This document shows positions 24,024 to 32,000 of a stretch of DNA of 32,000 nucleotides, in pieces. Each line of letters begins with the position of its first letter. Position 1 is the first letter of the stretch. Under the pieces are notes generated by a model. The model searched no databases and was not told the DNA's origin. It saw only the letters and a program-made list of their open reading frames with translations. The position numbers and the translations under genes were made by a program. The stretch comes from Pirellula staleyi DSM 6068 (GTDB taxonomy: Bacteria; Planctomycetota; Planctomycetia; Pirellulales; Pirellulaceae): the NCBI GenBank assembly GCA_000025185.1, contig CP001848.1, forward strand, positions 3,420,001-3,452,000. The letters run 5' to 3'.

Positions 24024-25634
24024 TTACCGGGGGCTGTAGCTCGTGGCGGGAACAGGCGGTGCATACGGGCTCGGCGCGATGGGCATCGTGCCACTCGCAG
24101 GAATCACTGGGCTCGGAAGCTCGAGTGAATAAGGACCAACTTGCGGTTGCATCGGTGGATAAGCCGACGGTTGACGCACCACATCGCTGCGGGCTGGTGC
24201 ACGTGGCATGCGGCTGTCGTATTCAGGCTGCTGACCACGAACCGTGCTGCCACCACTCGAAGCGGTGTTGCCGATCGCTTGCAAATCAGGCGGTGTCACG
24301 ACAATTTTGGGGGGATCGCCTAGCTGGGGATTGGTTTCAAACAGCTGCGATGACTTCAAGCGGCGTTCACTTGCCCGCAGTTCTCGCGTGTCGAGAATAT
24401 CTCCCGGACGCAGACTCAAGCGGTTGAGAATCACACTCTCACGCGTGTGAGGATACTCCCCTTCGATCTTCACGCGGATATCGCCGACGCTGAACACGCC
24501 ACCCTCTTGCACGCGATACACCACGTCGAGTTGACCTGGCTCTTCGAGAAAGCGAGGGTCGGCTTGGACGTCGGCAAACACATGCCCTTGGCTTCCATAG
24601 AGATCAACAATGGTGTTAATATCTTTGGTCATTGCCGATTGATCGAAAAACTGACCACTCTTGAGTTCAAGGAAGTCGAGCAGCGGACCAGAGGCGAACT
24701 TGACATTCCCCTCGACCGACACGCTTCGCACGACATAACGCGGGCCTTCATCGATCACAAACTTCAGGGTGACCCATTTGCCCGAATCGTCGAACACCAT
24801 CTCACGACCGACACGAGCCCGAAAATATCCGAGGCTTCGATAGTAGCCCGTCAGCTTTTCGACATCGGCATCGATCTTCGAACGATCGACCTTGCCGCGC
24901 CAGAAATACCACATGATGCCAGGTTTCGACTCGATCTGAGTTTTGAGGCGAGCGTCGGTGGCGATGGTGTTCCCTTCGAACTCGACATCCCAAATTCGTT
25001 CGAGCGCACCTTCATTCACCAGGAATACGACACCCTTGTCCCCCGGCTTATCCCCCTCCAGGATCGAAATCTGAGCTTGGGGGAAACCACTCCGGTGATA
25101 AAGGTCCTCGATTTTGCGACGAGCTTCTTCCGTGGCGTAGCTGTTAATACTGTCGCCCACTTTGAGCCCGTGCTCTTTCACCATCTTCTTTTCGCTGACA
25201 CCCCGGTTGCCCAGGTGCCGGACATACTGAATCCGCGGCCGTTCAAACACTTCATAAATCACAATCACGCCACCATCGGCTGGGCGTGTATAGGTTTGAA
25301 CGTCGCGAAATAGACCCGTCGAAACGAGCGAGCGAACATCGCTTTGCACAAGCTCGGCATCGAATTCACGATCCTTGCGTGTGCGGAGGTGTTTTTGAAT
25401 TTCGTAGTCTTTGGTGATCGTGTTGCCACGTACTTGCACATCCACCACAAGCTGGGGAGCGGCGTTGGCGACGTTATAGCCCGAAGGAGCAGCTGGCGTA
25501 GCCATCGCTGGTAAAGCCGGTGGTGGCATGCTCGGTGGACCAAACTGCGCGCGAGCTTCGGCCTGGGCGATGAGCACCAGCAGTGCAATCGCGAGGTTGT
25601 GGCCATAGCGGAGTGGGTGATCGGCGACTGACAA
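24024..25634 (-). CDS. bamA: BamA-like periplasmic module: signal peptide + five POTRA domains + Pro-rich tail, no barrel
   Basis: Five POTRA-like repeats begin at 'VVDVQVRGN', 'IQYVRHLGN', 'IWDVEFEGN', 'VVRSVSVEGN' and 'VGDIRVKIEG'. The protein ends in the Pro-rich tail '...PSPYAPPVPATSYSPR' and stops at TAA 24024-24026. There is no in-frame ATG near the N-terminus. I chose the TTG at 25634, which has GGGGGA 8 nt upstream and gives 'MSVADHPLRYGHNLAIALLVLIAQAEA'. The ORF-track start at 25760 is also a TTG but has no SD. Confidence 0.8.
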   Translation of the reverse strand: MSVADHPLRYGHNLAIALLVLIAQAEARAQFGPPSMPPPALPAMATPAAPSGYNVANAAPQLVVDVQVRGNTITKDYEIQKHLRTRKDREFDAELVQSDVRSLVSTGLFRDVQTYTRPADGGVIVIYEVFERPRIQYVRHLGNRGVSEKKMVKEHGLKVGDSINSYATEEARRKIEDLYHRSGFPQAQISILEGDKPGDKGVVFLVNEGALERIWDVEFEGNTIATDARLKTQIESKPGIMWYFWRGKVDRSKIDADVEKLTGYYRSLGYFRARVGREMVFDDSGKWVTLKFVIDEGPRYVVRSVSVEGNVKFASGPLLDFLELKSGQFFDQSAMTKDINTIVDLYGSQGHVFADVQADPRFLEEPGQLDVVYRVQEGGVFSVGDIRVKIEGEYPHTRESVILNRLSLRPGDILDTRELRASERRLKSSQLFETNPQLGDPPKIVVTPPDLQAIGNTASSGGSTVRGQQPEYDSRMPRAPARSDVVRQPSAYPPMQPQVGPYSLELPSPVIPASGTMPIAPSPYAPPVPATSYSPR

Positions 25635-25881
25635 GTTTTGGATCCCCCGATCCCAAGTGGAAGTTGCACATCGAAGAAGAAACGACAGCGCAGCGAAGGC
25701 ACGGTGAAACGCTGCCTTCGAGCGGTCGGTGTAATTACCGGAATGGGTAGCACCCGGCAAGGTCGTTTTGAGAGAAGCGGCGAAACTTCAGAAATTCTGC
25801 CGCAAAATGTGTTCGAGAGATGCTAGCAACCGAGGCAAGGAAAACCGCTAGCGACTCGCCTAAACGACCTGAAACAAGACT

Positions 25882-26625
25882 CTATTTGCGAAACTCGCGC
25901 CACTCGCCGCCGATCAGACGTTCGTGAGGCAAGTAGTTCCCCTTGTAGCGCATATGCTCGGACTGAGAGACGTAGTACCCCAAATAGAGCCACTTCTTAC
26001 CGAGTGTCGTGCACAGGGCTATTTCCTGAAGCACGGAGTAGGTGCCTAGGCTCACCTCTTTCACGCGTGGATCGTAGAACGTGTAGACAGCAGAGATTGC
26101 GCTAGCACCGACATCAATGATCGCGATCCCCACCAGCGTTTCGTCGAGGTAGTACGCGATCTCGCGGGTATCGCAGCAGCTGAGCGTGAGGAACGATTCG
26201 TAACCCTCGGCATCAAGATGCGATTCACCAGCCGTCAGCGATCGAAGTTCGCGATGCAAATTGAAGAGCTCGACGCGCTGGTCGTCGATCACAGCTGGCT
26301 GCACTTGCATCGTGATCAGCTCGCTGCCGCGTCTCAGCAGACGCCGCTGGGTGGCATTAGGGCGATAGTCGGCTGCGACAATCCGAATCGGCTCGCAAGC
26401 CTGACAAGCGGGACAATCTGGCTTATAGAGCATCGGACCAGTACGACGATCGCCAGCCGCAAGTCGCTCGTCGAACTCCGCATGCGACAATCGTCGCAGC
26501 TGCATCCGAAGGGGCATCCGTGCGACAAGTCCCGGCAAATAAGGACAATCGGAAGGCTCGTCGTAGGCCAAGAATTCGACCGGCGATGTCTCTTCCTCTT
26601 CCGATCCGTCTTCGCCCCTAGTCAT
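25882..26625 (-). CDS. bpt: Aspartate/glutamate leucyltransferase (bacterial ATE-family N-end-rule transferase)
   Basis: ATG at 26625 (M2 of the track ORF, whose first codon is TTG). Motifs 'CPYLPG', 'RRTGPMLYKPDCPACQACEPIRI', 'RPNATQRRLLRRG', 'AVYTFYDP....SLGTYSVLQEI' and 'WLYLGYYVSQSEHMRYKGNYLPHERL' match the Bpt/ATE family. Confidence 0.85.
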   Translation of the reverse strand: MTRGEDGSEEEETSPVEFLAYDEPSDCPYLPGLVARMPLRMQLRRLSHAEFDERLAAGDRRTGPMLYKPDCPACQACEPIRIVAADYRPNATQRRLLRRGSELITMQVQPAVIDDQRVELFNLHRELRSLTAGESHLDAEGYESFLTLSCCDTREIAYYLDETLVGIAIIDVGASAISAVYTFYDPRVKEVSLGTYSVLQEIALCTTLGKKWLYLGYYVSQSEHMRYKGNYLPHERLIGGEWREFRK

Positions 26626-28082
26626 CAAAAGTTTCCACCTGCTTCGCCACCAGGAAACTGGTTGTAGCTGTCGAACTGCTCGAGTCGATCGGGAGTTGGG
26701 TCTTGAAACCGCGTGAAGTTCTTCAGGAACTCGAGCTTGATATCTTCGCCAGCCGGACCACTTCGCTGTTTACCAATGATGATCTGCGCCTGACCCGACA
26801 CCGAGTCGCGCTCTTCTCCTCGAAGATAATACTCTTCGCGATGCACGAACATCACCACGTCGGCATCTTGCTCGATTGCTCCCGATTCTCGCAGGTGCGA
26901 CATCTTAGGAATTTTGTCCGTTCCCGCTTCTGTCTGTCGGTTGAGCTGGGCCAGACAAAGCACTGGCACTTTCATTTCGCGAGCCATACCCTTCAGGCGG
27001 CGAGCAATGCGTGCCACCTGTTCCTGACGCGGGTCTTTGGTGTTGTCGGGTTCGATCAGCTGCAGGTAGTCGACGACGATCAGCCCGAGACGTCCCTCGC
27101 GGCGAGCAATGCGCCGCGCGGCTGCTGCAATCTCTGTCACGGTGCGGCTGGGAGAGTCGTCGACAAACAGCGGCGCTTGCGCAAGCTTGCTCGAAGCGTT
27201 CACGATCTTGGTGCGATCTTCGCGTGTTAGTGTACCGGCCCTGAGACGCGTACCTTCGACCCGCGCAACCGAACAGAGCAAACGATCGGCGAGTTCGAGC
27301 GACGACATTTCGAGGCTGACAAACAGTGCCGGCACGTTTTGGTTGAGCGCTACGTTCTCAGCGATGTTCATCGCAAACGCGGTTTTTCCCATCGCCGGGC
27401 GAGCTGCCAAAATGATGAGCTCGCCGTTGTGCATGCCACTCGTTTTTTCATCGAGTCCGCGAAATCCATACTCCACACCACTGGTGTCGAGTGTTCCGCT
27501 CATGCGAGCTTCAAGTCGGTCCATCGACTTCTGCAAAACATCCTTGAGCGATTGCACGGTGTTGTCGCCGCGCACATCCAGGATCGAGAAGATCTTTTGC
27601 TCAGCTTGCGAGAGCAGGTGCTTAGCTTCCTGCGATTCGTCGTACGCATCACGCAAGATTTCCGTCGATGCTTGAATGAGCGAGCGAAAAGTGCTCTTGG
27701 TACGGACGATCTCAGCGTAGTAGGTCGCGTGCGCAGCGTTGGGGACCGAGTTGATGATTTTGCTGAGATACGCCGTGCCACCCACCGCCTCGAAATCGCC
27801 GGCGGTTTTCAGGCGATCGATCAGCAGCGTGGGATCGATCTTTTTGTTCCCCTCGTGCAGCGCACACATGTGGCTGAACAGCTTGCGATGCGCATCGTCG
27901 TAGAAGTCTTCTGAACGGACGATCATCACTACGTCGTCGAGCACATCGGGCAATAGCACTATCGAGCCCAAGAGACCAATTTCTGCCTGACGATCAAAAG
28001 GAGGCTGTCGATCACCAACCTGTTCGGCTGGCTGCTCGAACAAGCGGCGTGCTGCACCATCTTCACGACGATTCTTGGCCAC
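26625..28082 (-). CDS. dnaB: Replicative DNA helicase DnaB
   Basis: 485-aa ORF with GTG at 28082 and AAGGAAG 8 nt upstream. N-terminal 'PPFDRQAEIGLLGSIVLLPDVLDDV', Walker A 'ILAARPAMGKTAFAMNIA', 'VVDYLQLI' and 'PVLCLAQLNRQTE' are present. Confidence 0.95.
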   Translation of the reverse strand: MAKNRREDGAARRLFEQPAEQVGDRQPPFDRQAEIGLLGSIVLLPDVLDDVVMIVRSEDFYDDAHRKLFSHMCALHEGNKKIDPTLLIDRLKTAGDFEAVGGTAYLSKIINSVPNAAHATYYAEIVRTKSTFRSLIQASTEILRDAYDESQEAKHLLSQAEQKIFSILDVRGDNTVQSLKDVLQKSMDRLEARMSGTLDTSGVEYGFRGLDEKTSGMHNGELIILAARPAMGKTAFAMNIAENVALNQNVPALFVSLEMSSLELADRLLCSVARVEGTRLRAGTLTREDRTKIVNASSKLAQAPLFVDDSPSRTVTEIAAAARRIARREGRLGLIVVDYLQLIEPDNTKDPRQEQVARIARRLKGMAREMKVPVLCLAQLNRQTEAGTDKIPKMSHLRESGAIEQDADVVMFVHREEYYLRGEERDSVSGQAQIIIGKQRSGPAGEDIKLEFLKNFTRFQDPTPDRLEQFDSYNQFPGGEAGGNF

Positions 28083-28547
28083 GGAAACTTCCTTCTAAGA
28101 GCTCACTCGCAAGCCCGCGTAACTGAGCGATTAATCCATCAGCGGGGCCAAAAGAGTACCTGCCAGTGCTTCTCGTAAGGATCGATAGGCGGGCGAGAAT
28201 CGTGATTTTACCACGCCCATGCCGTCTGTGCAGAGAACCGCCGGAAAGAGCACGAGCGACTTAGCGTAATGACGATTTCTCCGCGGAAATTCTGCAGCGG
28301 AAGTGCGGGCCATTTCTTATGCCAGGCGAATGCTGGTTTAGCGGCGACGGTTGAAAACTCGTCGCGCACGCACACGCTATTCAGGGCTTTCGGCGAGTGA
28401 TAGCAAGAAACGATCACAGCCATCGTGCGAGCAGGCACACAATGGCTGTGGAGGTAAGGTGTGCGAAGCATTCAGCATCGCACGAATCTTCAGTAATCGC
28501 CCAGCCGCAGTGCTGCCATCGAGCAGCAAGATGCGGACATGCGACGC

Positions 28548-29087
28548 CTATTTTTTGTCAGCTGCAGGAGCGTCGCCGGTAACCGTGGGAACAACCCAAA
28601 CCTTGAGTTCGGAGTTGATGTCGTTGTGCAGGTGGATCTTGACGGTGTAGAGACCGAGTTCCTTGAGAGGACCTTCGAGTCGCACCTGATCCGAGGTGAT
28701 CGAGAAACCAGCTTGCTTGAGCGAAGCGGCGATGTCGTTGGCATTCACGCTGCCGTAGAGATGCCCTTCGTCGTTGGCATTGGCTTCGATCGTGATGCTT
28801 TGACGCGAGATCGCTTCCGACAGTTGGCGGAGCGAAGCCAAGCGTGCCTTCTCGATTTCGAGCAGACGAGCCTTGTGCTTGTCGACCATGCGTTTGTGGT
28901 GGTCGGTGGCAATCGTGGCCAAGCCTTGTGGCAGCAGGAAGTTGAGGGCATATCCTCGCTTTACCTGAACGATATCACCTTGCTTGCCGAGGTGATCGAC
29001 CGATTGGATGAGCAGCAGTTGCACGCCACCGGTTGGGCCTTTAGGAAGACGCTTGAAGCGGCCGAATTTGGAAGATGCGTTAGCCAT
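28548..29087 (-). CDS. rplI: 50S ribosomal protein L9
   Basis: 'VQLLLIQSVDHLGKQGDIVQVKRGYALNFLLPQGLATIAT' is the canonical L9 N-domain. ATG at 29087 gives a roughly 22-aa basic N-terminal extension 'MANASSKFGRFKRLPKGPTGG'. An internal GTG at the 'VQLLL' position is an alternative start. Confidence 0.9.
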   Translation of the reverse strand: MANASSKFGRFKRLPKGPTGGVQLLLIQSVDHLGKQGDIVQVKRGYALNFLLPQGLATIATDHHKRMVDKHKARLLEIEKARLASLRQLSEAISRQSITIEANANDEGHLYGSVNANDIAASLKQAGFSITSDQVRLEGPLKELGLYTVKIHLHNDINSELKVWVVPTVTGDAPAADKK

Positions 29088-29252
29088 AGTGCAACCTGAA
29101 CTCGTCTCGAAAAACGTTTTGCTTATCGGGCTATCTCGAACGTTCTGTTCGATCGATAACCCACCAGTGAACTCAATTGTTGCTGCAGTCGGTCTGGCAG
29201 GGTTGTCCTGAAAGACGATACAGCGGTCGATCGGTATCTATTACAAAAACGA

Positions 29253-29732
29253 TTAAAACGGAATGTCGTCTTGGGGAGGTGGAGGGGGAGCGTTGCGGGT
29301 CGATCGCTGCGGTGCTGCTGGGGCCGACATCGGTTCGCCGTAGTCGGCACCATCGTCGTAGCTTGCACCACCACCACCTCGATTGCCGCCACCACCACCG
29401 CCCTTGGCGCTTCCGAGCATCTGCATTTTTTCGCCGACAACGCGAAGCTTCGAACGCTTCTGGCCATCGGTTTCCCACGTGTCGAGCTTCAGTCGACCTT
29501 CGATCAGCACCTGCGAACCCTTACCCAGGTATTCGCCAGCGACCTCAGCCGTTCGGCCCCACAGGGTGACATCGACAAACGTTGTCTCTTCAATCCACTG
29601 GCCATCTTGACCTTTGCGACGATCGTTCACCGCGAGGCCCAATTCCGTCACCGCCATACCACTTTGCAGGTACTTAATCTCGACATCCCGGGTGATATTC
29701 CCGAGCAAGATTACACGATTGAAATTGGCCAT
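29253..29732 (-). CDS. ssb: Single-stranded DNA-binding protein
   Basis: ATG at 29732 with AAGGA 8 nt upstream. It has the OB-fold N-terminus '[36 protein letters not shown]', a Gly-rich linker and the acidic tip 'DDIPF'. Confidence 0.95.
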   Translation of the reverse strand: MANFNRVILLGNITRDVEIKYLQSGMAVTELGLAVNDRRKGQDGQWIEETTFVDVTLWGRTAEVAGEYLGKGSQVLIEGRLKLDTWETDGQKRSKLRVVGEKMQMLGSAKGGGGGGNRGGGGASYDDGADYGEPMSAPAAPQRSTRNAPPPPPQDDIPF

Positions 29733-29872
29733 AAACGGTTTCCTTGGCAGATTCTCGAAAGGGGCATCCGGTGGGATACCTAAACAAAAGTCACCTTAGG
29801 CGAGAACCTACCAAAACGTTCGAACGCTCGCAAGTTAGCCAGGTTGCCAGACTCAGATCGCCGGGGCGATCC

Positions 29873-30268
29873 TTAGTTGGCAGCTTCTTCGGGAACTTCG
29901 AGGGCAGGAGCAACAGGAGCTGCTTCCACGCGACGATGTCCACCCTTGGCGTGTTCCACCAGCGTGTCGACCAGTCGTGGATCGACCTTGAGGGTCATGT
30001 GACGAACGATCGATTCGTTGATGCGAATCTGGCTGTGGAAATCGTTGAGCTTGCTGCCGTCGAGACGGAAGTAAGTGATCCAGTACGTTCCCTTTTTGTG
30101 GCCATCGATTGGATAGGCCAAGCGTTGCTCGTTCCAGAGTCGGCTGACGAGCACTTCGCCACCCAGTTTCTCGATCAGAGCAGGAATCGTCCCACCCATG
30201 CCACCTGGATCCTGGGCATACTTGTTCGAGTCCAGGATTACCATGTTTTCATAAACACTTTGAGCCAC
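29873..30268 (-). CDS. rpsF: 30S ribosomal protein S6
   Basis: GTG at 30268 is preceded by AGGAG (30276-30280) with a 7-nt spacer. This gives 'MAQSVYENMVILDSNKY...LWNEQRLAYPIDGHKKGTYWITYF...IVRHMTLKV', a typical S6. The longer track ORF to 30379 lacks SD support and overlaps the pth 3' end. Confidence 0.9.
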   Translation of the reverse strand: MAQSVYENMVILDSNKYAQDPGGMGGTIPALIEKLGGEVLVSRLWNEQRLAYPIDGHKKGTYWITYFRLDGSKLNDFHSQIRINESIVRHMTLKVDPRLVDTLVEHAKGGHRRVEAAPVAPALEVPEEAAN

Positions 30269-30362
30269 GATCACGCTCCTCGCCAGCAAAACCAACTGTT
30301 GTGATTTGTCGAAATAATTTGGTAATTCGAAGCGATTCCGAGGGTCTGTAAGACGATTGCTC

Positions 30363-30932
30363 TTACACGTTTTTGGCATTGAACTTGTTCATGCATGCCT
30401 GAATGCCTTCTTGCACAAAGGTTTGCACGCCGTCTGCTGCCAGTTGCCAGGAAATCTCCGCTTCGATTTGTTCGTCTTTGTTAAATCTGCTGAGAACGAA
30501 GTTAGCCACATCCCAGCCGGAAGGTGGAGCTCCGATTCCGACTCGAAGTCTGGGAACCGCATCGGTTCCGAGTCTTCGAATCACATCGTCGAGCCCTTTT
30601 TGACCTCCCGAGGACCCTTTCGCTCGGAATCGCAGTTTCCCAAGGGGAAGTGCAAAATCGTCGCAAATGATCAGGATGTCGGCGGTTTCGATCTTGTAAA
30701 AGTCACGTGCTGCCAGAACGCTCGAGCCACTAACGTTCATGAACGTCGTTGGCTTTAAGAGCAACATTTTTTCAGGGCCTAAGTTTCCTTGAGAAACTAG
30801 CCCTGAAAATTGCTCTCGCTCGGCAGTGGCTTGCACGCGACGAGCGACGATCGACACCACCTCAAACCCTACATTGTGACGCGTTCCTTGGTAGCGGCTT
30901 CCCGGATTCCCAAGGCCCACAATCAATTTCAT
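30363..30932 (-). CDS. pth: Peptidyl-tRNA hydrolase
   Basis: ATG at 30932. 'MKLIVGLGNPGSRYQGTRHNVGFEV', 'LLKPTTFMNVSG' and 'GGQKGLDDV' are present. Confidence 0.95.
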   Translation of the reverse strand: MKLIVGLGNPGSRYQGTRHNVGFEVVSIVARRVQATAEREQFSGLVSQGNLGPEKMLLLKPTTFMNVSGSSVLAARDFYKIETADILIICDDFALPLGKLRFRAKGSSGGQKGLDDVIRRLGTDAVPRLRVGIGAPPSGWDVANFVLSRFNKDEQIEAEISWQLAADGVQTFVQEGIQACMNKFNAKNV

Positions 30933-30979
30933 GCTTCACCCACAGACTAGCATCTGTAGACAAGCAACTTGGCAGCGAA

Positions 30980-31606
30980 CTATTCGGCTGCTTCGTCGGC
31001 TTTGTCCTTCTTGCCAATCACCTCGGGTTCGGCCGAGCCAGCAGCTGCATCGTCGTCGCTGGCAGCCTTTGGAGCCACGCACGAGACAACGACCACACTG
31101 CCGGGAGTTACGAGCTCACCATCTTTGGGGAGCGTCACTTCGTTGGCGTGGATCGCTTTGCCAAGGTGAAGGTTGTTCACATTGACGATCAGTTTTTCAG
31201 GAATCTCTGCAGCAGGGCAGAGGATTTCGAGCTCGTGCGTGATGAACTGAAGCACGCCACCTTCGGTGAGGCCGGCAGCAGTTCCCTTGAGTTCGACGGC
31301 GATGGTGGTGCTCACCTTCTCGCTGGCCGAAACACGCATCAAGTCGATGTGGATGATTTCCTTGCTCCACACGTCCCATTGCACGGCGCGAATCAGAGCG
31401 CTCTCGGTCACATCTCCCTTGAGATTGACGAGCTTGCCACCGTGCTTCACAGCGGCCCAGATCTCTTCGCTGGCAACCGTCAGGCTGATGCTGGCTTCGC
31501 CGTGGCCGTAAAGAACAGCAGGCACTTTGCCGGTGTAGCGGAGGCGGCGATTGTTGGCGGTGCCAAGTTTGTCACGCTTGGTGACATTGAGTGTTTCTGC
31601 AGACAT
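30980..31606 (-). CDS. rplY: 50S ribosomal protein L25 / general stress protein Ctc
   Basis: ATG at 31606. The track start at 31621 is a TTG. 'LNVTKRDKLGTANNRRLRYTGKVPAVLYGHGEASISLTV' is followed by an acidic, Ala-rich C-terminal tail typical of the long Ctc form. Confidence 0.9.
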   Translation of the reverse strand: MSAETLNVTKRDKLGTANNRRLRYTGKVPAVLYGHGEASISLTVASEEIWAAVKHGGKLVNLKGDVTESALIRAVQWDVWSKEIIHIDLMRVSASEKVSTTIAVELKGTAAGLTEGGVLQFITHELEILCPAAEIPEKLIVNVNNLHLGKAIHANEVTLPKDGELVTPGSVVVVSCVAPKAASDDDAAAGSAEPEVIGKKDKADEAAE

Positions 31607-32000
31607 TAAGTCGAGGCACAAACTTGCTCGAGATGAGCAGTTGCACCAGCTCCAAACTTCAGTAGCCCGCTATCCACCGCCGGTCACATGCCAGCAGCCT
31701 GTCGCGGAATCGTTCTGATTTCTTCCCCCAGCAAAAGCCTCAAGCCACTGGATGGCGAAGTTCTTTTTGTGGGAAACCAAGTAGTGTGCCAAACAGATGA
31801 TGCGCTGACAAGCCCTAACAGCATTCAGGGAGCGACTATTTTGGGGATGCTAGCCAAATGAGAGTCGAATCCGGGTATGAACTGCGATGTATGGAGGTAA
31901 TTTCGGACCACAGGGGCGTCATGGGAAATGGCGTAAGTGCTTCTAGGGAGAGTGTTTGCATGTAAATCGTGGGTTGGTGAACCAGGGCAGTCAGGCTGGG

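Noticed and set aside
22560-25313. Long + strand ORFs (22560-24128, 522 aa; 24447-25313, 288 aa) opposite the two BamA ORFs.
   Set aside because: They are antisense shadows with Arg/Cys/Trp-rich, domain-free sequence. The - strand ORFs have clear POTRA and Omp85 motifs.
28131-28471. 60-aa and 87-aa - strand ORFs in the rplI-dnaB gap, checked as possible S18 (rpsR).
   Set aside because: Their sequences show none of the basic S18 hallmarks. They overlap each other in different frames, and no SD is present.
30749-31609. 286-aa + strand ORF overlapping pth and rplY.
   Set aside because: It lies antisense to two confidently identified housekeeping genes and has no recognisable motif.
1-32000. 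Scan of the whole window for CRISPR arrays, IS elements, integrases, phage genes, toxin-antitoxin pairs, known defence-system hallmarks, rRNA and tRNA.
   Set aside because: I saw no regularly spaced direct repeats, no terminal inverted repeats flanking a transposase-like ORF and no nuclease, ATPase or defence-type domains. I could fold no cloverleaf. The window appears to be core chromosome.

Overview
The window is a GC-rich bacterial chromosomal segment. Its gene content suggests Planctomycetota, possibly Pirellulales-like: H4MPT-type fae and mtd genes in a non-methylotroph context, STN-like plus Gly-rich giant secreted proteins, and many Pro-rich linkers. This lineage call is an inference, because no database search was possible. 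I support 22 protein-coding genes and several stem-loops. I recognised no rRNA, tRNA, CRISPR array, transposase or integrase. The layout has four parts. (1) 21-4195 (-) holds a 2-hydroxyacid oxidation cluster: lhgO, then glcD-like and glcE-like genes. (2) 4462-12489 holds a DUF1207-like outer-membrane protein, tsaD, a 1358-aa secreted multidomain VWA protein and an orphan secreted protein. (3) 12565-22120 starts with an 855-nt gene-free stretch. It then holds a 1215-aa transglutaminase/DUF2126-type protein, fae and an mtdA/B/C-family dehydrogenase, a tail-anchored double zinc-ribbon Pro-rich protein, a molybdopterin-oxidoreductase::pentapeptide-repeat fusion and a small secreted protein. (4) 22185-31606 (-) is a housekeeping string: rplY-pth-rpsF-ssb-rplI-dnaB-bpt, then the Omp85/BamA locus. 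The most unusual observation is that BamA is encoded as two same-frame ORFs. The first is a five-POTRA protein that ends at a single TAA. Fifteen nt later, a beta-barrel protein starts with its own signal peptide, a lipobox-like Cys, a Cys-rich cluster and a long Pro/Tyr/Gln-rich linker. All functional calls rest on motif recognition by eye. Start codons were refined by checking Shine-Dalgarno (SD) context where possible.
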